From an uncultured Oscillospiraceae bacterium (GTDB lineage Bacteria; Bacillota; Clostridia; Oscillospirales; UBA929), in contig CAYWWF010000001.1 in assembly GCA_964461745.1 (NCBI GenBank), positions 1 to 32,726 on the forward strand: a stretch of DNA of 32,726 nucleotides, in the 5' to 3' direction. This document shows positions 26,592 to 32,726 of this stretch, one piece after another. Position 1 is the first letter of the stretch. Each line of letters starts with the position of its first letter. A model generated the notes under the pieces. It was not told the DNA's origin. It was given only the letters and a program-made list of their open reading frames with translations, and did no database searches. The position numbers were made by a program, and so were the translations under genes.

Positions 26592-27275
26592 TTGTCCATG
26601 GATTATTATGGGCTGTATAAAGGCGTTCGGAATGCCTCTTGGGCGTTGCTGCTCCGATTCGGCGTGAACGTTTTGCCGGTATCTACTTTCGGCATTGCCC
26701 GGCGTATGAATGTGCCCATATTGACGTATGGACAATCCCAGTCGGTTCTTGAACAGATGGATCTCGTCGAGTACAGTCGGCAGAACGACGCGTTTGCGCT
26801 GCATCTCAAAGCACGATGGTTTATTTTTTTAAATGACAGCGTAGACAAAAGGCCCGATATCAACTTTACCCTGGCCCATGAGCTGGGACATGTGTTTTTA
26901 GGGCATGAACTGGACGGGCGCGGCGTGTTTCCACGCCAGAGTGTACCTGAGGGTGTGCGGCGGCCAGGCGGGGCACCGCTTGAGCGGGATGCCGATATGT
27001 TTGCCACGCGTACGCTGTCCCCGGCCTGTGTGCTCTGGGGGCTTTCCATGACCGAACCTGAAGACATTGCCCGACTTTGTGAGGTGCCAATAGATATCGC
27101 GCAGGCGCGAGCCCGGCGCTTGCGTTTTCTGCTGCAGCGGGATTGTTTTCTGCGCAGCCGGAGTGAACGCGCGCTGTTTTATCAGTTTGCAGGGTTTATA
27201 GCCGCCAACAGTCCCGGCGGACGTCTTCCTGCGCACTGTCGCCAGAGGCTGGAGGAGTATGGGGTAGAAGTGTGA
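26592..27275 (+). CDS. ImmA/IrrE-family (COG2856) zinc metallopeptidase
   Basis: The HEXXH motif sits in the family context FTLAHELGHVFLGHE...E.DADMFA. It lies directly downstream of the XRE gene. Start is TTG 26592 or ATG 26598. Confidence 0.85.
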   Translation: MSMDYYGLYKGVRNASWALLLRFGVNVLPVSTFGIARRMNVPILTYGQSQSVLEQMDLVEYSRQNDAFALHLKARWFIFLNDSVDKRPDINFTLAHELGHVFLGHELDGRGVFPRQSVPEGVRRPGGAPLERDADMFATRTLSPACVLWGLSMTEPEDIARLCEVPIDIAQARARRLRFLLQRDCFLRSRSERALFYQFAGFIAANSPGGRLPAHCRQRLEEYGVEV

Positions 27276-27292
27276 GTGCAGATACTGTTTTA

Positions 27293-27318
27293 CATACCCC
27301 GCCGCAGGCGGGGGTATG
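27293..27318. repeat. GC-rich hairpin cataccccgcc-gca-ggcgggggtatg
   Basis: Perfect 11-bp stem. The core is the same as at 13526-13542. It is followed by an A-run, not a T-run. Confidence 0.6.
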
Positions 27319-27331
27319 AAAAAACTTATGC

Positions 27332-27360
27332 TTGACAATCCATACCCCACTTGCTACAAT
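27332..27360 (+). promoter_or_regulatory. consensus sigma-A promoter of the tRNA-Thr/tRNA-Tyr operon (TTGACA-17-TACAAT)
   Basis: TTGACA 27332-27337, 17-nt spacer, TACAAT 27355-27360. About 20 nt upstream of tRNA-Thr. Confidence 0.75.
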
Positions 27361-27380
27361 GATAAGGCACTTGTTCCTTC

Positions 27381-27456
27381 GCTGGTGTAGCTCAATCGGC
27401 AGAGCAGCTGATTTGTAATCAGCAGGTTGTCTGTTCAAGTCAGATCACCAGCTCCA
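27381..27456 (+). tRNA. tRNA-Thr (anticodon UGU), CCA encoded
   Basis: Acceptor GCTGGTG/CACCAGC, D arm GCTC-AATCGGCA-GAGC, anticodon stem GCTGA/TCAGC with loop TTTGTAA, T loop TTCAAGT. Total 76 nt. Confidence 0.88.
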
Positions 27457-27500
27457 TCGCCCTTGAGTGGCGCACGTCCCGAGCGTGTACAAGTTAATAT

Positions 27501-27586
27501 GGGGGAATTCCCGAGCGGCCAAAGGGGGCAGACTGTAAATCTGTTGTCTGACGACTTCGGTGGTTCGAATCCGCCTTCCCCCACCA
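27501..27586 (+). tRNA. tRNA-Tyr (anticodon GUA), class II with long variable arm, CCA encoded
   Basis: Acceptor GGGGGAA/TTCCCCC, anticodon loop CTGTAAA, long variable arm (TGTCTGACGACTTC), T arm GGTGG-TTCGAAT-CCGCC, ACCA end. Total 86 nt. Confidence 0.88.
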
Positions 27587-27629
27587 AATAAAAAAAGAGC
27601 CTATGGGCTCTTTTTTTATTTGGTGGGGG
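27578..27629. terminator. bidirectional terminator / 24-bp perfect inverted repeat that includes the tRNA-Tyr 3' end
   Basis: cccccaccaaataaaaaaagagcc-tatg-ggctctttttttatttggtggggg. A/T tracts flank a GAGCC/GGCTC core. It lies between the convergent tRNA operon and rpe. Confidence 0.75.
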
Positions 27630-27659
27630 GAAAGTGGGCCCTTTCGGGCCAAACGCGCA

Positions 27660-28322
27660 TCATCCCCTCAACACCCGCAAAAAGCTCCGCACAGTCTCCG
27701 GAACATCCGGCGTGCGGAACACCGACGTCCCCGCCACAAACACATCCGCGCCCGCCTCGACCAGCCGGGGTAGATTGCTAAGTCCCACACCGCCGTCCAC
27801 TTGCAAGCGGCAGTCCGGATGCAGTCGGTCTAGCAGCGCGCGGGTGTCACGGATGCGGTCGTAACTTGCGTCCAGAAGCGCCTGGCCGCCGAAACCGGGT
27901 TCAACCGTCATCAGGAGCACCATGTCTATGAGTGGCAAGTAGGGCACCAGGGTTTGAAGCGGTGTCGCTGGCCGCAGGGAGAGTGCCGTATATAGCCCTC
28001 GGGTTCGAATGTCTTTCAGTGTCTGTGTTACAGCTTCGGGGGTATCGGCTTCGGCGTGGATCGTGATGCCGTTGGCGCCGGCCTTGATGAAAGCGTCGAG
28101 CAGCGCGCCCGGGCGCTCGACCATCAAGTGAACGTCCAGATACAGCTCGGGAAAGGCGTTTCGTATCGATTCGATGACAGGCGGGCCCAGGGATATATTC
28201 GGGACAAAGTGTCCGTCCATGACATCCACATGGAGCCAGTCGGCGTCGCCGACCAAGGCAAGATCGCGCGCAAGCTGCGTAAAATCCGCAGCCAAAATTG
28301 AGGGGGCTATAAGCTTTTTCAT
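27660..28322 (-). CDS. rpe: ribulose-phosphate 3-epimerase
   Basis: MKKLIAPSILAADF...LHVDVMDGHFVPNISLGP...DVHLMV...MTVEPGFGGQ...VDGG. ATG 28322 after CAGGAG. The track's upstream extension is unsupported. Confidence 0.95.
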   Translation of the reverse strand: MKKLIAPSILAADFTQLARDLALVGDADWLHVDVMDGHFVPNISLGPPVIESIRNAFPELYLDVHLMVERPGALLDAFIKAGANGITIHAEADTPEAVTQTLKDIRTRGLYTALSLRPATPLQTLVPYLPLIDMVLLMTVEPGFGGQALLDASYDRIRDTRALLDRLHPDCRLQVDGGVGLSNLPRLVEAGADVFVAGTSVFRTPDVPETVRSFLRVLRG

Positions 28323-28616
28323 AGGGCGCTCCTGTTTCATATATTCTGCGGTGACAACCACAACGGTTTTTCTTCACCTGTCCATTGTATCCCTCCTTAC
28401 GCACGCGGTCAAGTAGCGTGTCATAGGATAAAAGGCATGGGTGAGGTTCGCTTAGGTACCACGACCTACACTCACCCTTGATTATAGATCGGGGAGAGGC
28501 ATTTGTCCTCTCCCCGGCCGGTTTTTTCACGGTTCCCCGTTGGAGAAGGGGATGTTGCGCGTTGTAAATCGGAAAAACTTGGAAACCATTTCGTTGTGGA
28601 GACAACCCCGTTCAGC

Positions 28617-28645
28617 TTGACAGAGACGTCGGCTGAGCGTAAAAT
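28617..28645 (+). promoter_or_regulatory. sigma-A promoter TTGACA-17-TAAAAT
   Basis: TTGACA 28617-28622, 17-nt spacer, TAAAAT 28640-28645. It gives a leader of roughly 110 nt, containing the hairpin CCGGC-TCGCAG-GGCCGG, before the J-domain gene. Confidence 0.65.
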
Positions 28646-28758
28646 ATGAGTAAGAGACGGTGGCGTACCTTAGTAATCTGTAGATTCCGGCTCGCAGGGC
28701 CGGTACCCAGGATCGGAGAAAAGCTTGGTGAAGCGGTTTTTCGAAACATTGGCGAGAG

Positions 28759-29958
28759 GTGAAGCCTGTGCCCCCGTTTGACGACTATTATCACGTATTA
28801 CAGGTTCATCCGGACGCGGAATGGGAAGTCGTACAAAGCGCTTATAAGCGCCTGTCCCGCAAGTACCATCCCGATGTCAACGCCTCCCCCGAAGCCCGTG
28901 AAAAAATGATTCGTTTAAACGCGGCGTACGACGTATTGCGTGACGCCGCGCGCCGCCGCGCCTATCACGCGACCTGGCTTCGTGAAAAGGGGAACCATGG
29001 CGTCGTGCGCGAGCGTGTGGTCTATCGCGAGACGCCGCCCAAACGCGACGAAGGTTCGCCCGACGCACGCAACACCGTCTATCAGTATTTTTACCATTTA
29101 AGTCGCCGCGCGTTCAAAGAGGCCTTTGGCCTGATTTGCGAAAACGACCGGCGACGTTTTGGCTATGCGAGCTTTGTGGAGTGGCAGGAAGCTGTTGCGG
29201 CACTCTATGAAATCGGCCGTTTTTCTGTCGAGCTTTACAAGCGGTATGACGACTTCAAAGCCGACGGGGTGGGGCATGGTCGTGCCGAAGAGTATCTTGT
29301 GAAGATAGCGGAAAAAGACAGAAAGACCGGTTTGGTTCAGGAATACAACTTTACAAAGTTTGCGATTTGGGAAAAAGGCGTCTGTCGGATCTATCTTGGA
29401 TATCGGGATTTGACGCCGCTGGTCAAACAGTTTAAGTTTATGGCCTCGACCAAGGAGGAGGCTGTGATCCTCGGGCACTGGGAAGGCGTCGCGGAGCATA
29501 CGGACTTGGAGACAGGACTTCCGAACCGAAACGGCCTTTTGCAGCGCATGACGCCGGAGATTTACCGCTATAAGCGCTATGCGCGCCCGTTTACGCTCGC
29601 GGTGTTTCGCGCCGAACTGCCAGAACGCGTGGCCGGGGCGGGACAGGGCAGCCGTGTACTCAAATATCTTGGCTATTTGTTTAGTCGCTCGATTCGCACC
29701 ATTGATTCGGCCGCCTACCTCGGCGGCGGGCAATTTGGCATCTTGTTGGCCGAAGCCAACCGAAAAACCGCCGCGCTTGCCGCGCGAAGGATACTCCGGA
29801 CGGTCTCCCGCGATGTCTCGGCCTGTTTTGACTTTGACATTGCCTTTACGGTGGGCTTGTGCGCTTACGCCGGGGAAAACTTGGAGCAAATGGTGAGGGA
29901 ATGCCTGCGCCCGACGGGCACGTCGTTCTTTGAAAAGACCCGCGCGGGTATGCTGTAA
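28759..29958 (+). CDS. J-domain (DnaJ-like) protein fused to a degenerate GGDEF domain
   Basis: The N-terminus is DYYHVLQVHPDAEWEVVQSAYKRLSRKYHPDVN...LNAAYDVL, a J-domain with HPD. The C-terminus is DLETGLPNRNGLL...RTIDSAAYLGGGQFGILL, a GGDEF fold with GGGQF in place of GGDEF and RxxD five residues upstream. The likely start is GTG 28768, 8 nt after GAGAGG. Confidence 0.8.
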   Translation: MKPVPPFDDYYHVLQVHPDAEWEVVQSAYKRLSRKYHPDVNASPEAREKMIRLNAAYDVLRDAARRRAYHATWLREKGNHGVVRERVVYRETPPKRDEGSPDARNTVYQYFYHLSRRAFKEAFGLICENDRRRFGYASFVEWQEAVAALYEIGRFSVELYKRYDDFKADGVGHGRAEEYLVKIAEKDRKTGLVQEYNFTKFAIWEKGVCRIYLGYRDLTPLVKQFKFMASTKEEAVILGHWEGVAEHTDLETGLPNRNGLLQRMTPEIYRYKRYARPFTLAVFRAELPERVAGAGQGSRVLKYLGYLFSRSIRTIDSAAYLGGGQFGILLAEANRKTAALAARRILRTVSRDVSACFDFDIAFTVGLCAYAGENLEQMVRECLRPTGTSFFEKTRAGML

Positions 29959-29993
29959 AAATTCCCCCAAATTGAGATTTGGGGGAATTTTAA
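29958..29993 (+). terminator. intrinsic terminator of the J-domain/GGDEF gene
   Basis: 15-bp stem aaaattcccccaaat / atttgggggaatttt with TGAG loop, starting within the stop codon. Confidence 0.75.
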
Positions 29994-30053
29994 GGTTTGG
30001 GGAAATTTTTCCGGGAAGTGAATCCCCGGAAAAACAATAAAACTTTATTTTCC

Positions 30054-30255
30054 GCCTGTGGGCGGAAAACTCTGCGAGGCATTTTGACAGTCTGAGATAC
30101 CCCCCCACCGAAGGTGGGGGTACTTTTTACGTCAGCCTGTGGGCGGAAAACTCTGCGAGGCTTTTTGACAGTCTGAGATACCCCCCCGCCGAAGGCGGGG
30201 GGGTATCTTTTTACGTCAGCCTGTGGGCGGAAAACTCTGTGAGGCTTTTTTGACA
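30054..30255 (+). repeat. tandem repeat array, 2 full units (81 and 84 bp) plus a 37-bp partial third, each full unit ending in a terminator-like hairpin plus T5
   Basis: Units start at 30054, 30135 and 30219 (gcctgtgggcggaaaactctgcgaggcnttttgacagtctgagata-C7-[ag]cc-gaa-gg[tc]-G(5-7)-ta(t)c-ttttt-acgtca). Only a few substitutions or indels separate the units. Confidence 0.9.
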
Positions 30256-30259
30256 AGCT

Positions 30260-30300
30260 AAAGTGGCCACCGCGCCAAAACGCGGTGGCCACTTTGTTTT
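30260..30300 (+). terminator. terminator-like hairpin (15-bp stem) closing the array
   Basis: aaagtggccaccgcg-ccaaaa-cgcggtggccacttt followed by gtttt. Confidence 0.65.
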
Positions 30301-30461
30301 CATAAGAGCACAGAGTCGGATGGTGCAACCACAGGCAAACATTTTGCCCGTTTTGGAAGGCATCCGAAGCCATGGCAAAAAGACTCCAATGGATGGGGTG
30401 TTGGAAAAGGCGAAACGAAAGTCGGTGGACAAAGGCGGTCACACAACGAAACTACGTCGGT

Positions 30462-30881
30462 CTAGCGAGCCTCAAAATACTTTTTGATGTTGTCCGTAGC
30501 ACGGGCGGCGTCCTCGCTGACGGTGAGCGTAAAGTTTACATGGTGTTTCGCGCCGAATTCGCTGAGCCAATCGAGAAAGGCATCCAAGGCGGGGATGTCA
30601 TGGACGTCGGTGATTTTGAAAACGCTGTCAATGAAAATCTGGGTGATGTCATAGTTGCAGGCGCAGAGGCCCGCGATCAGGCCACGAAGCATATCAAATC
30701 CGGAAACGCCGTACTGGGAAGAGTCCACCAGACGAGCGCCATGGTGAATGTCAAAGGTCAGTTTGTGGCCACGCTCGATCAGAACAACCACACCGGGGTC
30801 ATGATCCACGGAAGCATTGACCCATTCAATCATTTTTTTCGTCTTGCCTTCACCTTTGAGGCCCATGACGACACGAACCAT
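30462..30881 (-). CDS. small P-loop (Walker A) protein, uncharacterised family
   Basis: MVRVVMGLKGEGKTKKMIEWVNASVDHDPGVVVLIERGHKLTFDI... contains GxxGxGKT. 139 aa from ATG 30881. The longer track ORF (to 31001) adds an Arg/Cys-rich, non-protein-like N-terminus. Confidence 0.65.
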   Translation of the reverse strand: MVRVVMGLKGEGKTKKMIEWVNASVDHDPGVVVLIERGHKLTFDIHHGARLVDSSQYGVSGFDMLRGLIAGLCACNYDITQIFIDSVFKITDVHDIPALDAFLDWLSEFGAKHHVNFTLTVSEDAARATDNIKKYFEAR

Positions 30882-31011
30882 GGGAATCAGTCCTTTCTTG
30901 TGTCGCTCCAAAGGTGTGGCGTACCAAAACCGCGCCTTTTCCGCACTTGCGCGGGAAAAACACGGCGCCTGTCTGCGGCACCTTGGAGCTCGCTTGACCA
31001 ATTATGTGTCA

Positions 31012-31040
31012 ATTGTAACACAATTGCTGCCTCTTCACAA
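31012..31040 (-). promoter_or_regulatory. candidate promoter TTGTGA-17-TGt-TACAAT
   Basis: Minus strand: TTGTGA (31040..31035), 17-nt spacer, extended -10 TGTTACAAT (-10 at 31017..31012). It overlaps the palindrome CAATTGT-GT-TACAATTG. Confidence 0.4.
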
Positions 31041-31117
31041 GGGAGAACGGGAAGAATTCACAAAAGCTTAATATTAGGGTCCACGCATCTGGAACAGACC
31101 CTTTGGGTAAGCTTTGT

Positions 31118-32464
31118 TTACAGTGAACCCAGAGAATCAACCCGCTGCGTCAACGTCTTGGTCTCCGCCTCAAAGCCGGGTTTGCCGAGCAACGCGAACA
31201 TGTTGCGTTTGTAGTCCTCCACGCCGGGTTGGTCAAAGGGGTTGACGCCCAGCAAACGGCCGGACAGAGCACAAGAGAACATAAAGAAGTACAGAGTATA
31301 ACCCAAACCGAAGGCGTCCAGCCGATCGGCTGTGAGCACAAGGTTCGGGACGCCGCCGTCGACGTGCGCGAGCATCGTGCCCAAGAAAGCGCGGTGACCA
31401 AGTTCGGAGAGCGGCAAGCCCGCGAGGAAATCCAGACCGTCGGCATTGCCGGGGTCTTCGGGGATTACGGGCGTTTTAGGTGTGTCCTTGAAGCGAAGAA
31501 TGGTTTCCAGCAGCATCCGAGGCCCGTCTTGCATATACTGTCCCATCGAATGCAGGTCGGCGGTGTACTCGACGCTCGCTGGGAAGAGGCCGCAGCCGTC
31601 CTTGCCCTCGCTCTCGCCGAAGAGCTGCTTCCACCATTCGCCGACGAAACGCAGACTAGGCTCATAGAAGCCGAGGACTTCCACGGTTTTCCCGTTTTTA
31701 TGGTAGTGGTTGCGGACGGCGGCATACTGCCAAGCCGGGTTGTCTGCCCCGGGCACGGCGAGGTCTTCCATGGCCTTGTGCGCGCCCGAAAGCAGCGCGT
31801 CGATGTCCACACCGGCTACAGCCAGAGGCAACAGGCCCACAGGCGTAAAAACCGAGTAACGACCGCCGATGCCGTCGGGGATCACAAAGCTTTCATAGCC
31901 TTCGGCGTCGCAGAGACGGCGCAGCGCACCTTTATCCTTATCGGTTGTGGCGAAAATACGCCGTGCGGCATCCGTCTTGCCGTATTTCTTCTCAAGCAGT
32001 CCCTTAAAAATGCGAAACGCCACCGCGGGTTCCGTGGTGGTGCCGGATTTTGAGATGACATTGACCGAAACATCCTTGCCCTCAAGAAGTGTAAGCGTAT
32101 CGGCGAGCGCGCCGGGGCTTACGCTTTGGCCCGCGAAGTGGATGTCGGGCGTGTCTTTTTTCTTTAGGTTATATTGCGGCGAGAGCAGCGCGTCCAGCAC
32201 CGCGCGCGCGCCGAGATAGGAGCCGCCGATACCGATGACGACAAGGGCGTCGGACTGCGCGCGGATGGCTTCGGCGGCCTTATGGATGCGCGCAAGCTCC
32301 TCGCGATCCAGCGTGCGGGGCCACTCAATCCAATCGGTATAAAACGCGCCGGGGCCCTCGTGCGCCAGCAGAGACGCATGGGCCGCTTCCAGCGGTGAAA
32401 GTTGCGCGCGGGTGAGATCGGACACGGTCGCGGCGGATGTGTCAAAGACATCAACACGGATCAT
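31118..32464 (-). CDS. pgi: glucose-6-phosphate isomerase
   Basis: 448 aa, Firmicutes-type PGI: VVIGIGGSYLGARAV, SKSGTTTEP, GGRYSVFT, GESEGK, GVNPFDQPGVE. AGGAGGG RBS 7 nt upstream. Confidence 0.96.
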   Translation of the reverse strand: MIRVDVFDTSAATVSDLTRAQLSPLEAAHASLLAHEGPGAFYTDWIEWPRTLDREELARIHKAAEAIRAQSDALVVIGIGGSYLGARAVLDALLSPQYNLKKKDTPDIHFAGQSVSPGALADTLTLLEGKDVSVNVISKSGTTTEPAVAFRIFKGLLEKKYGKTDAARRIFATTDKDKGALRRLCDAEGYESFVIPDGIGGRYSVFTPVGLLPLAVAGVDIDALLSGAHKAMEDLAVPGADNPAWQYAAVRNHYHKNGKTVEVLGFYEPSLRFVGEWWKQLFGESEGKDGCGLFPASVEYTADLHSMGQYMQDGPRMLLETILRFKDTPKTPVIPEDPGNADGLDFLAGLPLSELGHRAFLGTMLAHVDGGVPNLVLTADRLDAFGLGYTLYFFMFSCALSGRLLGVNPFDQPGVEDYKRNMFALLGKPGFEAETKTLTQRVDSLGSL

Positions 32465-32576
32465 GGGGTATCCCTCCTGCCTTTACCGGGAGAGCGCACG
32501 AACTCGGGGGCTCCGTCCGGCTGTTTGGTTTGCACTCTATTGTATCGCCCGGACGAGGAAAAAGCAAGTAGGGGTC

Positions 32577-32688
32577 GATGCCCTGTTCGCTCCGAATTGT
32601 GGACGCACTCGCCGCTCCGAATTTGCAAACAAGCATCCGTGTTTGTACAAAGCCGGAGCGACGAGTGCGTCGCTCCATACAGGGCATC
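32577..32688. repeat. 112-nt imperfect inverted repeat (long hairpin) upstream of pgi
   Basis: GATGCCCTGT (32577-86) pairs with ACAGGGCATC (32679-88). GACGCACTCGCCGCTCCG (32602-19) pairs with CGGAGCGACGAGTGCGTC (32653-70) with 1 mismatch. The apical part contains TGCAAACA/TGTTTGTA. Confidence 0.7.
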
Positions 32689-32726
32689 CTTTCATGCGTT
32701 TCACCAAAGTTCTTCCCCGTCTTCCG

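Noticed and set aside
23262-27600. Intact prophage or ICE integrated at the tRNA-Thr/Tyr locus
   Set aside because: There are no integrase, recombinase, replication, capsid or lysis genes. The island lies upstream of the tRNA promoter rather than at a tRNA 3' end. I found no direct repeat of a tRNA 3' segment flanking it. It is kept only as a possible remnant or domesticated module.
28490-28527. Hairpin GGGGAGAGG-CATTTGT-CCTCTCCCC followed, after GGCCGG, by a T6 run, as a + strand terminator of an unannotated gene
   Set aside because: There is no + strand gene or promoter upstream, since the tRNA terminator lies at 27600 and the region in between is rpe antisense. The U-tract is separated from the stem. 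It more likely belongs to the rpe promoter or leader on the other strand.
30054-30255. Possible CRISPR array
   Set aside because: The units are contiguous 81-84 bp repeats with no unique spacers, and no cas genes are in the window. The repeat length and terminator-like structure do not fit CRISPR.
29098-30442. 336-aa (29098..30108) and 150-aa (29990..30442) minus-strand ORFs
   Set aside because: The first is antisense to the J-domain/GGDEF gene. The second is produced by the tandem repeat array (repeating PRRVFRPQADVK peptide) and crosses five strong hairpins.
30372-31214. 280-aa + strand ORF spanning the P-loop gene and the pgi 3' end
   Set aside because: It is antisense to two well-supported minus-strand genes and crosses their intergenic promoter and terminator region.

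Overview
This window looks like chromosome from a fairly GC-rich, Gram-positive, probably spore-forming Clostridia-like organism. That inference rests on RNase Y/YmdB, SLH domains, a sortase-type signal and a BclA-like protein; GC content was judged by eye and not computed. The housekeeping backbone is trxA, tRNA-Arg, secA, a flavodiiron protein, rny, ymdB, a YihY/BrkB protein, prmA, tRNA-Thr, tRNA-Tyr, rpe and pgi. Several accessory cell-surface modules interrupt it.
(1) A BclA-type collagen-like protein with a cysteine-rich (CRPD)n N-terminus lies divergent from a GT2-TPR glycosyltransferase.
(2) A ~6.6 kb block splits the normally adjacent rny-ymdB pair. It encodes a Wzy_C/O-antigen-ligase-like membrane protein and a ~1500-aa LRR protein with three SLH domains.
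(3) A secreted MucBP-like protein carries an atypical NPMTG sorting signal.
(4) A ~4 kb island between prmA and a tRNA promoter holds a divergent XRE/ImmA versus Cro-like switch. The switch is wired to a second collagen-like fibre gene plus two small genes, with no integrase or other phage functions.
(5) A J-domain protein is fused to a degenerate GGDEF domain that keeps the RxxD I-site.
(6) An 81-84 bp tandem array of terminator-like hairpins shares a 23-nt core with another hairpin 12 kb away.
No CRISPR array, transposase, integrase or recognisable defence system was seen. Function calls rest on motifs read by eye. No database search was run.
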